Shown: piece by piece, positions 12,720 through 25,846 of the stretch
Layout: every line of letters starts with the position of its first letter
Position numbering within the stretch: the first letter of the stretch is position 1
DNA from: Squalus acanthias
Lineage: Eukaryota
DNA length: 64,000 nt
NCBI GenBank assembly: GCA_030390025.1
Contig: CM059432.1
Location: forward strand, 68,450,001 to 68,514,000
Direction: 5' to 3'
Made by a program: the position numbers and the translations under genes
Notes under the pieces: generated by a model
The model's input: the letters and a program-made list of their open reading frames with translations, nothing else
Database searches by the model: none
Told to the model about the DNA's origin: nothing

Positions 12720-13830
12720 GTATGGCACTAAAAAGCCTTAACAAAACTGAGGTCAAAGGGAAAGCTACCCAGTGGCTGGAGTCATACCTGATACAAAGGA
12801 AGACTATTGTGGTTGTCAGAGGCCTATCATCGCAGCCACAGGACATCAGTGCAAGAGTTCCTCAGGGAAGTGCACCCGATCCAATCATTTTCAGCTGCTT
12901 CATCAATGACCTTCCCTCTGTCATAAATTGGAGTGGAACTGGTTGCTAACGGTGCCACAGTGATCAGCTCCATTCACAACTGCTCTGATAATGAATCAGC
13001 CCATTTCAGCTTACAGCAGGACCTGGATAACATCCAAACTTAGGCTAACAAGTAGCAGGTAACATTTGAGCCACATGAGTGCCCAGTAATTACGATATCC
13101 AATGAAAAGGCCCAACCACCTCCCTTTGACCTTCAATGGCACCATAATTGCTGAGTCCCACACTATCAACATCTTAGAGATCACCATTGACCAGAAGCTT
13201 AACTGGACCAGTCATATCAACAAGAGCAGTGCAGAGGGTGAATACTCTGCGACAAGTGGCTCACCTCCTGACCTCTCAATGCTTCTTCAACATTTACAAG
13301 GCTGTTGTCAGAAGTTTATAGGAATATTCACCACTTGTCTGAATGGATATAGCTGCAAGAAGACTTAAGAAGCTCAACACCATCCAGGACAGAGCAGTCC
13401 ACTTGATTGATACTCTTGTTACGGGACTCAATACCCACTCCCCCCACCATCAGCACGCTGCAGCTCTAGAATGCGGCTACAGAGTACACTGCAACAGCTT
13501 ACCAAGTTTACTTCACCAGCACCTCCCAAACCTATGACCTTTACTCCCAAGAAGGACAAGAGCAGCAACATCATGGGAACAACATCACCTGCAAGTTCAC
13601 CTCCAAGTCAGACACCATCCTCTCTTGGACATATATTGTAATTTCTTCATCGTCACTGGGTCAAAATCCTGGAATTCTCTACCTAACACCAATATGGAAG
13701 TACAATCAGTACAAGAGTTACAGCGGGTTCAAGGAGAAGTCCCTCCATCTCCTTTTCAGATAAACCAGGGATGGAAATAAAAATACAGCTTTGCCAGTGT
13801 CACCCACATCCTGAGAACAAGTTTAAACAA
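12720..13830 (+). mobile_element. Second CR1-group LINE family, decayed RT and 3' end
   Basis: VPQGSAPDPIIFSCFINDLPS, TIDQKLNWTSHIN, KKLNTIQDRAVHLI; homologous to 34600-36136. Confidence 0.85.
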
Positions 13831-14704
13831 AAGGCAATGGAAAATCTGTAACTTGCTCATTGGTGCCTAAAATTATTTCTCTAAAACTTTTTTTGATTCC
13901 AGTGACAACCAGGAATCAAATCTATGAGATATCTGTTCACATTATGGTTGACTGATTCGACCCTTATTGTTGTGCGACCTGAACTAAAACATCAGTAGAC
14001 ACAATTAACCAAAGATAAATTCAGTTCTTGCACACTGTTGCATTCAGTTGCTGCATTTATACTGATCTGAGACCAGTAACTGAAATAGAGGTTCCAGCCA
14101 TAACCAGTTACACTGGTTGAAGCTCTAATTCTTATGCCCCCAGAAGAGAGCTCTGCACATACATGTTTACACACATGCACAGAGCTTCTCTCCCAGCAGT
14201 TAATATTGAAATATTTTGTAGGCACAGTGCCCATATTGTTTAAATATTTTAATTAACTAGATAGGATCAAAAAGTGTCCAGGATTTTCAAGGTGCCCCAG
14301 GCATTTTATTCCTTTGGGTTGACACCTATCTCACTGGTGTTATGCTCCATGTGATGTCAAATCCAAGCAGCAAGAGACCACCACCTTCACGGTGTCTCAC
14401 TCTTGCTTTCTCCAGACTTGGGTCAGGATTTATATTGAATCTTTAGCATAGATACGAACTGCTTAGTAGTGACAGTATAACTGTAGTGTCAACACATCCA
14501 GTAACTACTCCACAGTAATCCTTTTGTTATCAGGACTCATAGAGTTGAATTTACACCTTTCCTTTATCCAAGCGTAAATCAAGTGATGTGCTTTTGGAAA
14601 CCACCCAACTTGAAGAGACCTGAACCACCCATACTTCAGTTTAGATTATTCAGATGTTGTGGGCGAGGGCTGGGCAGGCCTAGTGCCTAGGTTTGGATAC
14701 TCAC

Positions 14705-14989
14705 CTAATAGAGAGGAGGAATTCATGTGCTGTTACAGACCTTAAAGGACTGCAGCAGCTTAAAGCAGAAATGGCAGTTCGTAATGTTGCCTGTAGAAAT
14801 TATCAGTGCAGCTGAAGACATATCTGACAGCAGTTTGGGAAAAATTAGGTCACTCTGCTTTGATGAGGCCAGGATCCAACTCGTGTCTTGCTGGGTATTA
14901 GCAAATAATGATGGACAATCATAAAATGAATTCATCGTGACTCTTGTTGGGGAATCTGATATTCACTTGCAGTGTGGTAACACACAAGC
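14705..14989 (-). other. Candidate spliced exon (5' UTR or non-coding; possible start MNSSSLL at its 3' end)
   Basis: Acceptor TTTTATTCCCTCCGTGTTCAG and donor TAG|GTGAGTA on the minus strand; apparently unique sequence next to the CpG island. Confidence 0.5.
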
Positions 14990-15374
14990 TGAACACGGAG
15001 GGAATAAAAGCGTTTACAGTTCTTACAATAGGGCATTCTTGTCTGCAAGGTCACATAGGGTTACATGGATGCTATCAGTGATAGTCTGAACTTTTGGGAA
15101 TCATGCCTTTCCGGGAAAAAAATTCTAGACTGTGTTCTGTTGCTCCACTTGTTTAGAATGTAATTTGTACTGTAGTGCTTGTTTCTAGCGCAATTTTTAT
15201 GACCCCGCCTGATCCAGTACTGGAAGTGCACATCAACTATAAGCGGAGTGGAAACTGGGCCCAACAGGTCTCCACCCGTTTTTCATCTCCCTAGCACCTA
15301 GATTTCGGTACACATGGGATATTAGGCAGCAGAAAATGGACCCCATTATATTTTCTAAAAAGGCACTCTAGATA

Positions 15375-15610
15375 ACTCAGGTGACCAAGACAGTGAGTAG
15401 CTGAGCTATGAAAGTTGCAGGTTTGATCCCCAGTCTGTGCTAAGTCGCAACAAGGGACATCAGTATGGGTGCTTCCAATTGAACTCAGGGCTCTGGTTAG
15501 GGAGGGGAATATTGGGTTTTGTTCCTGCTTCTAATCCCTATCCAGCAATGTATGCAGCTCTGCAGACTTTAGCTGTGGCCCATGGTCAAAAGTCTGCCAA
15601 CACTTAAGGG
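15375..15610 (+). mobile_element. Old tRNA-derived SINE-like remnant
   Basis: B-box-like GGTTTGATCCCC followed by a SINE-like body; heavily decayed. Confidence 0.4.
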
Positions 15611-16133
15611 CTGGTTTTATAACACACACTCCTGATGGATAGCCTCACTCACCAAGAATGCATATTGAAAAATCATGGGTGTATTCTCCACAATTTTACA
15701 TCAATTAATTTTCGTGGTCAGAAAGTTGTAGAGAATGGCACCTGTGATTCCCCATAAGCTCTTCTGTGAGGGTCGGCGGCCCAGTGGGAGTGCGATTTTA
15801 TAACATTGGCGCTTTACCGTCAAAGTTCACAACACGAAGGAAACGTGGCGAGTTGAAGGGAACTGTACCCCTGCTCATAGTCAACGAGAAAATCGAGAAA
15901 CATGGGAGAGGAAAAAAAACCAAAATAGGCAGAAAGAGTAAAAGCATATTAAAGTTAACCTGAACTCTACAGTAAAATCCGACAACTGTCCAGGCAATTA
16001 ATGACTGGATAAACGTTGCCTATTGCAAGATTCGCACAGAAGAGGAATGGTTCCACCAGTATTCACTGAGTCCGCAACTCATTGTGATCTGGTAAATGTT
16101 GGTTTATACCAGATTTGCATCAAAGAGATTTAC

Positions 16134-16400
16134 CTGGCGATGATGAAAGAGGAACAGGGAAAGGCGCATATAAACCTGATGGACTTTACCGCACATTTGT
16201 ATATATTTCCGTATTTGGCACAGGGAAGATAAGTCCTGTGTACAGCGCATGTACTAATCAAATAAATCCTAAGAGTTTGCGGTGAATAGTTTGATGATTT
16301 GAACGGCTGAGGTGTTTTGGTGAGGACGGCTTGTGTTGTCAGTGAGGAAGCTATTTTTCTGCCATGCTGTAAAAACACTGCAGGTTCCACTCGGCATTAA
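16134..16400 (-). other. Candidate first exon of a minus-strand transcript (5' boundary unknown)
   Basis: Donor CAG|GTAAAT at 16134/16133 inside the CpG island, upstream of candidate exon 14705-14989. Confidence 0.35.
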
Positions 16401-16874
16401 TAACGACCAAGGATCAAAAGGCGCTGCCAGGCAACCGCACGGCAGCACCTCGTCCCCTTATTTCTCGATGTGAGATTTCCGAGACCAAACAAATAGCGAT
16501 TCCCCTTCTGGAGGCGCTGGCCAGTCGGTCCTTGAGCGCCCCAACTCACCCAGCCCCAGCCCCCAGTGGGCTGAAAAACATCAAATAAAAACACCTCGGA
16601 AATGTACCCTCCCTGGCCACCTGTACGATGCATGGTTCATTTTCACACTGTTTGTGTTGATGTGATTTTACACTAAAATGTGTTTAGAAATATAATGTTG
16701 ATAAATTATTATTGACTGATCGCCCAGCTGTTGCAATATTGACATATACCTTGAGCTGTAACTGGTAATGTGTTCACTGGGCAGATACGGACAGGCTCCT
16801 TGGGTATGTACTGAAGACTTTAATGTGATGCTGATCGCTGCTGCTAAAGAATAAGGGGAGGTGGGAGGAACAGC

Positions 16875-17143
16875 TAAATCGCCTTTCTCTGGATATGGCC
16901 AACTCCCAGGCGGTAACGGTCTCTCTCGTCCGATTTCTCGAACGATGCATTATTGCCGGATGATCTGACTTTTCGCTGGTGCGATCTCCGCTCTAAAAAT
17001 AAAAAAAAGAGGGGGAAGATACCTTCCGGGCGAAGTGCTCCGTATTCATTGACACCGACGAGTGAACGCAGAGAAAAATCTGTCAACTTAAAGAGAGCTC
17101 ATGTGCTGAGCGCTTTCGGCGAGCGATATAAATCCAACCAGAG
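16875..17143 (+). other. Candidate first exon A of a plus-strand transcript (5' boundary unknown)
   Basis: CpG-rich block ends abruptly at the strong donor GAG|GTGAGT (17143/17144), followed by T-rich intron-like DNA. Confidence 0.55.
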
Positions 17144-18734
17144 GTGAGTATAGGATTAGACATCTATTCATTTTAGGACTATTCTCGCCTTCATTTCTTG
17201 TTTGAACTTCCATTGTTGTTGATATTTAAAGGGTTGTTCCGAATAATATAAAATCAGTCAGTTTTCTTACACAGCATGGTTTGTAAATTTTGGATTTGAG
17301 ACTATTTGATTTGACATTTGATTGGGTCTTTTATTTGTAACTCTCGGGGTCTGATCTTCGCGCTACTATTGATTGTGTGCATAGATTTTTCCTTGTTGTA
17401 TTGAAATGATCAGCACACACAGGCTGACACAATAGAGAGCAGGTTAGCGAACAGGCTGCCCGGGTCCCAGGCTGGGCTTTGCGTTATCTTTGTAACCAGG
17501 GAGCCCCGATTCTATCTCGGACCAACTCAAGGAAGTGACGTGAGTGTTATTTATGTATCAGGTCAATTTTTGCCTAAGGAAATATTCTATCATTCTCATA
17601 TACATAACTATTTGCCACAGCAACACCCAGGAGTAATCGCGGCCCCGTGTCCCACACCGTCCATTTTATGGTTTCCGTGTGCCCACCTTCTCTGTTCGCC
17701 TGGACCCCTTGCCTGTATTTTCAGTTACATTTTATTTCCGCGGATTTTTGTTGCTGTTGTTGTGAATTTTTCAGTTTTGATTTGACAACTGAATGAAAAT
17801 ATGTAATCAAATTAGAAATCCTGCAGTAAACGGCAGAAACCAGGCGCCTGAACTGTTTTGTGTTAGGCTGCTAAGCTATTTGTAGAAAATGGCAGGGAGG
17901 CTCCAATGGATCAGAGCTCTTCAGCTATTTTATTTTATTTTGGGAGGAGGCGGTATTAAAACCAAGCACGGCATTAGAATGGGACCTCGCCCACACCAGA
18001 AACCTACACAATTCGTGCGGTATATTTTGGCTGTTTGCAGCTTTTCGTATAAACAATTACAATTAATTCGATTCTGTCCATATTTAATCAGCCCCCCTTT
18101 AAACAGCTGTTTAAATATGGACAGATCGCTTAATAATAAACACGTCTCTTCAGTTCCAAAAAAAAGGTTGGTCTTTGAGATTCGATTTATGTTTGTTTTT
18201 GTTTGTGTGAGAGCTTCTTTCACCTCGCATTAGGTTTCCATATATCCCTTACATACAGATATCTGCACTGACATTTCAAACATATAATGCACACAGTTGT
18301 GAAATCTAAGGAGAATTTCGCATAACTTAAAGAGAGAAAAAAAACCTGCGGGTGCTGATTGAGGGGCTTGTAGTCCCCAGGGGTGTGGGACAGAGAGGGC
18401 GATGCTGTGTGGCTGTCCGAGTGCACTTGGAGCAGTTTTGACCGCGGTCTCTATGGCATTCACGGTTCACTTGCCATTTTATTCCCGAGCGGGTGGCTGG
18501 CTTTAAAGAGACTCGGTTAGGATGCGGAAACACTCCTTCCGTGTTTTATTTAGCAAGCTGTGGTCTGCATTTCGACCACAAGCAAGGTTTAAAGATGTAA
18601 AACAAAATAAACACAAAAAAAACCAAGAAAATCTACAGGATTTATTTTGAAAACAAGAAGAAAACAAAAACCCGAAATGGGATTTTGGACCGAAAGAGAT
18701 TTGACTGTAAAATCCCAGCATATTGTTTGGGAGG

Positions 18735-18845
18735 AGGCGCGCGCATGCGCAGCCGCTGCGGGCGGGCGGGCGGCCCTGAGCGAGGATCCCGCTCGGTGAC
18801 CGCGGCGGGGGATCAGCTGCAGCTCGTCGGCTGGATGGTCGGAGC
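18735..18845 (+). other. Candidate alternative first exon B with an NRF1-like motif
   Basis: GC-richest part of the island; GCGCATGCGC at ~18741-18750; donor AGC|GTGAGT at 18845/18846. Confidence 0.5.
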
Positions 18846-19920
18846 GTGAGTACCGGTCACCCTTCACATTTTAACACCAATGGTCAATAAAGGCACCGAG
18901 TCTGTGTGTGTGTGTGATGGGGCCGGGACCGCGACCGCGCGGAATCCCGCTCCGTGCCGGGCTCTCCTGCACCGTGCCCAGCCTGTCCACGGAGCGCCCG
19001 CCCGGGGAGGACAGGACAGGACAGCAAGGGTGCTTACAAATTGTAACCAGACGGGATGGAAATTATTTGTTGTTCACTGCGCTTTAGGTGCATTCTCTCA
19101 CTCCGCTCTCTGTGGTGTTTGGTGCGCCTGGCTCGGTCTCCAGTCCTCAGCTGTCGCGGGTGTGGAGGTTGCAGCATGGACCCACGTACAGTGTGTTGGT
19201 TGGTGCAAGGCTCGGAACTCAATTAAATATGATTTTGATTTTTTTTTAACGGTCTTGGTGGTTGTTAACGAACGGCAGTGTGTATATAACCCTGAATGGT
19301 GCAGCCAGTCAATTGGTTGTGGAGTTGAGCCCGCTTCCCACCCACCGCCACTTGGTGGAATGGACGTGGTATCAGCGGCTCTTCGACCTTGTGTGGCGAG
19401 CAGTTTTTAAAAAAAAATCCGGAGGCGCAGTTTCCTCAGATCTGCTGATTCACGTGGTTACATCACCCCAGACGTTGCAGGTGGGCAATCCTTACGCTTT
19501 TTTCCCCTCCTGCTGCAATATTGCAAATATTTGAACCCGTCCAGTTGCAGATTGAATTTCCCCATTGTATTTGCCCCCTCTGGGAGCAAACGCGGACAAA
19601 CCCTCACCTCGATTAGCGCATTCTATCCAAGACATGGTAGAGTGGTGCAATTTCAGAACCAAAAGAAGAACTTTACCTGAATTACTGTTGCAGTCGATTC
19701 TTAAGAGAAATCTGCACTCCTGAAAGTGTATTCTCAATTGTGTAAAGGATCTGAGGAATTTATGGGGGAAGTCAGAAGGGAGCGCCCTAGTATTGGAAAT
19801 TGGGTGGTTTACACTGCTCCCACTTTACAGCATAGAGTATTAGTCAGTGCTCCCTTCTAAACACCCTACCTTGATATCGTGGATGTCTTGTGGATCAAGT
19901 GTGCGCATCTCGACGATTTT

Positions 19921-20053
19921 ACAAAAGCAAAACACTGCGGATGCTGGAAGTTTGAAATAAAAACAGAAAATGCTGGAAATACTCAGCAGGTCAGACAGCA
20001 TCTGTAGAGAGAGAAACAGAGTTAACATTTCAGGTCATTGACCTTTCGTCAGT
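19921..20053 (-). mobile_element. Penelope-like terminal fragment with a degenerate hammerhead core
   Basis: Reverse complement of 57900-58030; minus strand reads CTGACGA-A-AGGTC-AAT-GACCT-GAAATGTT. Confidence 0.8.
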
Positions 20054-23000
20054 ACACGATGATTTTATTTGAGTTTTCAGATCGAGCTGCGATGTAACGC
20101 GGAACAGAGCAATCGCTGCGGCGGTGTCTTCTATTGCAGTCCCTGGACGCGGAGCAGGTTGGGGTTTGTGTACAGTGTAAAAGTCGCATTCCACCGTCCC
20201 ATGGAAGATGACTGGGACAGAGATATCTGACTGACAGTTTTCCGTGGATTGGGAGGCTGTTGTCAGGTATAATTGTAACTGACACACGTCTGCGGGATCG
20301 GGAGGTTGGCGTGTGTCTTTGGGATGAAAACCTGCGAATGTCTCTCATCTCCCTGATATTAGAAAATGAGGGAAAGATCCGATTATCATTTCTATGTAAC
20401 AGGATTAAACTGAGAACTAATAGTCATTAAACATAGCAGGCGTGTGACACTTAAAGGTACTGAATTTAAATAATACATCAAGAGAACAACCTCAAACTAA
20501 TTGTGACCGATCTCCTTTAACTATGTGAATGTTTATGTATAAATATATACATTTTTCCAAAATCAAGACTTAGTTTATTCCTTACTTAGTCGATGCTGGC
20601 GTGTCAATCATATTTTTAGATATGATACATTGCCACTATAACAGTGGATCAAAATACAAATACGATCGGTTGAAAAGTCTTCGTGTGCTATATAGCGATT
20701 TTGCTTTGGCCATCCAGAGATGTCTCTGGACATCAGGGCAGAGATTATTGCAGGTTTCAGTAAGATGATGTAGTACACAACCTACCATTCCCTCATTTAA
20801 ATGGCGAAAAAACTTCATTTTTTAATTAACTCCATCCAATGATAAAACGAAAAAATAAAATTCGTATGGACTGTAATTTTCAAATTATAATTGGATAATT
20901 ATTTCAACGATGAACTCTCATTCAAACCAGCCCGGTTAGTACTTCATTGCTACAGCAATCAAGCATAGTTAATATATCAAGGGGGTGGAGGTTATGTAGT
21001 TAATACATTGTGGATTTTGCAATAAACTGCCCTGAATGCTACAAGGGCATTCATACAATTGAAAACTAATAAATAATGAAGTGTAGTTAACCAGTTCTAG
21101 GTTTAAATTAACAGGCAGATTATAAATTTGGACTAAATAATTTTCATTCTAAAGCTCTGACTTATCAAGATGAACAGCCATCTTGACATCAGTAGGTAAT
21201 TCACCATCTTCTATTGCCTATTGATCTCATTTACAGAAGTCTGTTTCCCATTGACCTCTGTTAGCAAAAACAAATTCTAAAGGAATGGATCTTCAGCCAA
21301 CCAATTTAGCATTTTGGTCCATAGATGGATAGATAGCAAAAACTGGACAGATACGCAAATAGAACTGTTATAGATAGAGGCAGCTAGAAAGGCAGATAGA
21401 TTGGTAAATAAATAAAGAAATAGATACACTAATATGCAGCTTAATGGCTACACTATCATCCATATTATGTTTCCAGTTGCTGTGGACTAATATAAGAATT
21501 GCACTGAATGTTATTTTGTTGATCACATATTTAATATTAAGTTTATATTTTCTGATGGCATCCACCTGCTATATACGTACTGAGATAGGGAAATTACAGT
21601 ATAATAGGGTAGGGCTGGAAAAGTCCAAGAGCTAAATTATTGATATTTAATCATCTTGATTGTAGATCATAACAGTCTTTAACTTAATTTTTTGGTTGGA
21701 ACATGTGTCAAAGATATTCAGCTGTACGGATCCCCTCAGAGTGCAAGTTAAATTAAGTGATCACTTTCAGCAGTGCTGAGGGTACTACGACTGACCTGCT
21801 GCTACTGGGAGCAGGGTTGGAGGAAAAGGTAGGTGCTTTATGGGACATGCTAGTGGAAAGCTTTTGGCAAATCAGGATGGGCATGCAGGATAGTTGAAGA
21901 ATGCATCAGGTGGGATAGAAGGCCGGGGAAGTTTGGGGGAAACTATGAAGCAAAAACATGAAGGGGGTAGTCAAAGTTGGAGGAAGGGTTTTTTTCCAAT
22001 TCCATGGAAGTGAGATGAGACTTTTGAGATATAAAGGGAGAGGGAGAAATCAGACAAGGAGTAGTTGGAGGATCAGTTATAGACATGAAAACTGAGAGTT
22101 TCAAATTTGGTGTGGTCACCAGCAGAAATACGGTCGGGTAGGACTTCCACCCACTGACTGATTAAGTTTCCAAGGTCAGCTTTATAACTGTTTTTGGCAG
22201 GCTTCCAGCAGTATTGGGCGATTGCCTCTATGAAGAGAGATGGGAAATGGCTGCAGGATTCAGATCCTTGCACAGCAGTTTAAAGGATCTAGCAGCCTCC
22301 AGGAAAATGTTATATTTGTGGCCTTCACAACAGATCTAATAATAAAGCTATATGGCTTTGCACATCAGTAGTCCTACTACTGAGTTGATGTCCTGATCTA
22401 TCATCTTTACATACTTTGTGGCATTTCCCTTACTTAGCAAAGCTGAATACCTGTTGGATACAGACCTTTCTAACATCTAGCATTACCAAGGCGGTAACAT
22501 TCGCATCACTCTGTTGTTACCAGCTAATTAGAATACTCCACCCATATTTGAATGGGCGCCTCCAACATTCCCCATCAGTTCTAGTGGAAAATACAGTGAG
22601 TGCAAAATTTTCCACAAGTGTAAAACTAGCAAAGAGCCAGGGGAAAAGTCCTGACAAGTATAGGGAATTTTGGATACATGGATAGAGTAGAGAAAACCTG
22701 AAAAGGGTGGAGGTGAAATTCTGCAATATGGAGCATACAGTGGATCTTAGAGATTCAGGGCAGGTGCAATTCAGAGATGTGGAGAGGATTGGGATGGGAG
22801 ATGAGAAGAGATTGGAGGGGATTTAGCACACATTAATTGGGTAGGAATTTTGGAAACATAGGGGGCTGATTCCTGCAGACATCAGAAGATAAGAATGCAC
22901 TCTTGAAGACAGAGAACAGGAGGATTATAAAAGCATGGAGCAGACAGTAGGAAGATCTTGTAGTCATACAAAAAAAAAGCAAAAGCAATTCTCAAGACAT

Positions 23001-24109
23001 GGAGCAGGTTAGACAAAGGTCTTGGAGATGTGGAGAAAGCAAGCAAGGTGATTTTCAAGACTAGAGGAGACTGGAAGCGGACCTTGAATAAATGGAAAAG
23101 AAAGAAAGATTCCAAAGCAATTTGCATAAAATCAATTACATTGTGCAGCTTCTGTTGTTATTGGGTAGATGGGAGGGAGAAGGCCTGTACTGTCCACTAA
23201 AGTTTAAAAATGATTAGCTTATCCAGAAGACAACTGGTAATTTCCACACCTTTACGAAACAAAATATTACCTAAGAAATAGTACTATTACATAACAAAGA
23301 TTACTAAATAATGTTGAGTAGGACTTTTGTACTCTCCCTTGTATGTATGAAGTACAAAAAGAGAGTAAGTGTCTGTGTGTGAAAGTGAGGGGAAAAATGG
23401 AAAATGGAAATGGAGAGACATAGTATTCTGGATTAATTAGGATCAATTTTTCTAGTCTCACATGTGAATATTCAAATGCATTTAATCATCAGAAAAATTG
23501 TATAACTTCTGGGTAGATTTTCATTCAATTTGTTTTCTAGTAATGTGTTATTCATGTGTTGAACGAACCTGAAGCTCATCACTTTTGAACTTTCCTACTA
23601 ATAAACTTAGACAGAAAATATATTGCTGTTTCCTTCTATCTCAGTAAAGTCAGTTGCATGCTGTAGAACTGGATTGTGTTACTAGTCACCTTATGCAATA
23701 GGTCTTGCTAGTGGATCCAGTAACACCCTGTAGAATCCATTTCTTTCATGGAACTACTTTCAAACACAATATAACAAACACTGGAAAAAGAAAGACTTAT
23801 GGAATGAAGAAAGGGTGTTTGGTCTTTCAAGTCTTTTCCTTTTATACACTATGCACAACCTTTTCTAACCAACAAATTTCAGCTCCCAAGAAGAGTTTTA
23901 CAAAGTTTCTTACCCAAATGTGGATTAATATCTAAACACTCATATATCCTACAGCATATATCCTTGACTGGTTCCCTTCCATGACATAATCCTATATGGT
24001 CGCAGCAACTCACAAAAGCATCATGTTCCACACAGCATTTATAAAACCTGGAGCATGCCTCACTCAATAATGCTCCAAAGGTTTGGCTGCATGCATTTGC
24101 TTTCTTAGA

Positions 24110-25846
24110 CTTAGATTTGTAAAGGGTAGGTCATGCCTGACACAACTGATTGAATATTTTGAAGAGATGACTAAAGTAGTTGTTAGGGGAATGTCTATGG
24201 ATGTTACTTATATGGACTTCCAGAAGACATTTGATAAAGTCCCTCATAAGAGACTGTTAGTTAAAGTTGAAGCTCATGGAATTGAGGGCAAATTATTGAC
24301 CTGGTTAGGAAATTGGCTGAGCGGCAAGAAAGAAAAGAAAGACTTGCATTTATATAGCGCCTTTCATGACCACCGGACATCTCAAAGCACTTTACAGCCA
24401 ATGAAGTACTTTTGGAGTTTAGTCACTGTTGTAATGTGGGAAACGCGGCAGCCAATTTGCACACAGCAAGCTCCCACAAACAGCAATGTGATAATGACCA
24501 GATAAACTGTTTTTGTTATATTGATTGAGGGATAAATATTGGCCAAGACACCAGGGCTAACTCCCCTACTCTTCTTCAAAATAGTGCCATGGGATCTTTT
24601 ACGTCCACCTGAGAGAGCAGACGGGGCCTCGGTTTAACGTCTCATCTGAAAGACAGCACCTCCGACAGTGCAGCACTCCCTCAGCACTGCACTGGAGTGT
24701 CAGCCTAGATTTATGTGCTCAAGTCCTTGGAGTGGGACTTGAACCCACAACCTTCTGACTCAGAGGCAGAGACAGAGAGTAGGGATAATGGGCAGGTACT
24801 CTAATTGACAGAAGGTGACTAGTTGTGTCCCACAGGGATCTGTGCTGGGGCCTCAACTATTCCCTATTTATTAACGACTGAGATGACGGGATAGAGAGCC
24901 ACATATCCAAGTTTGCTGATGACACAAAGATAGGCAGCATTGTAAGCAGTGTAGACGGAAGTATAAAATTACAAAAAGATATTAATAGATTAAGTGAATG
25001 GGCAAAACTGGCAAATGGATATCAATATAGGCAAATGCGAGGTCATCTACTTTGGACCTAAAAAGGATAGATCAGAGTACTTTCTAAATGGTTAAAAGCT
25101 AGAAGTAGTGGAGGCCCAAGAGACTTAGGGGTCCATGTACATAGGTCATTAAAATGTCATGAACAGGTACACAAATTAATCAAAAATGCTAATGGAATGC
25201 TGGCCTTTATATCTAGAGGACTAGAATATAATGGGTTAGAAGTCATGCTACAGCTATACAAACTCCTGGTTAGACCACAGCGGGAGCACTGTGTTCAGTT
25301 CTGGGCATCACACCTTAGGAAGGATATATTGGCTTTGGAGGGAGTGTGGCGTAGATTTACATGAATGATACCTGGACTCCAAGGGTTAAATTATGAGGCG
25401 AGATTACACAAACTAGGGTTGTATACCCTGGAATTTAGAAGGTTAAGGGGTGATTTGATCGAAGTTTTCAAGCTATTAAGGGGAACTGATAGGATAGATA
25501 GAGAGAAACTATTTCTGCTGGTTGGGGAGTCTAGGAATAGAGGACATAGACTAAAAATTAGAGCTAGGCCTTTCAGGAGTGAAGTTAGGAAACACTTCTA
25601 CATACAAAGGGTGGTAGAAGTTTTGAACTCTTTTCTGCAAACGGCAATTGATGTTGGGTTAATTGTGAATTTTAAATCTGAGATTGATAGATTTCTGTTA
25701 ACCAAAGGTATTAAGGGATATGGGATATGGGGCAAAGGTGGGTATATGGAGTTCGGTCACAGATCAGTCATGATCTTATTGAATGGTGGAACAGGCTCGA
25801 GGGGTTAAATGGCCTACTCCTGTTCCTATTTTCCTATGTTCCTATG
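24110..25846 (+). mobile_element. CR1 LINE 3' portion interrupted by a SINE
   Basis: KGRSCLTQLIEYFEE, YMDFQKTFDKVPH, KFADD, LEFRRLRGDLIE; (TTCCTATG)-type tail. Confidence 0.9.
24327..24768 (-). mobile_element. Deu-domain SINE (SacSINE1-like)
   Basis: Reverse complement of 4748-5215; B box GGTTCAAGTCCC; CR1 sequence resumes after it. Confidence 0.85.

Larger units (their letters stand above)
15770..20330. promoter_or_regulatory. CpG island / probable promoter region
   Basis: Retained CpGs in apparently non-repetitive DNA, densest at ~18730-19160, against a CpG-depleted background; almost free of recognisable TEs. Confidence 0.8.

Noticed and set aside
18880..19410. 176-aa ORF in the CpG island
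   Set aside because: No recognisable domain, crosses a (TG)n tract, lies just after a splice donor; long ORFs arise by chance in GC-rich DNA.
21320..21430. GATA-rich stretch
   Set aside because: Looks like a decayed (GATA)n microsatellite.
21720..23150. Purine-rich region
   Set aside because: Probably a very old antisense LINE remnant; too decayed to assign.
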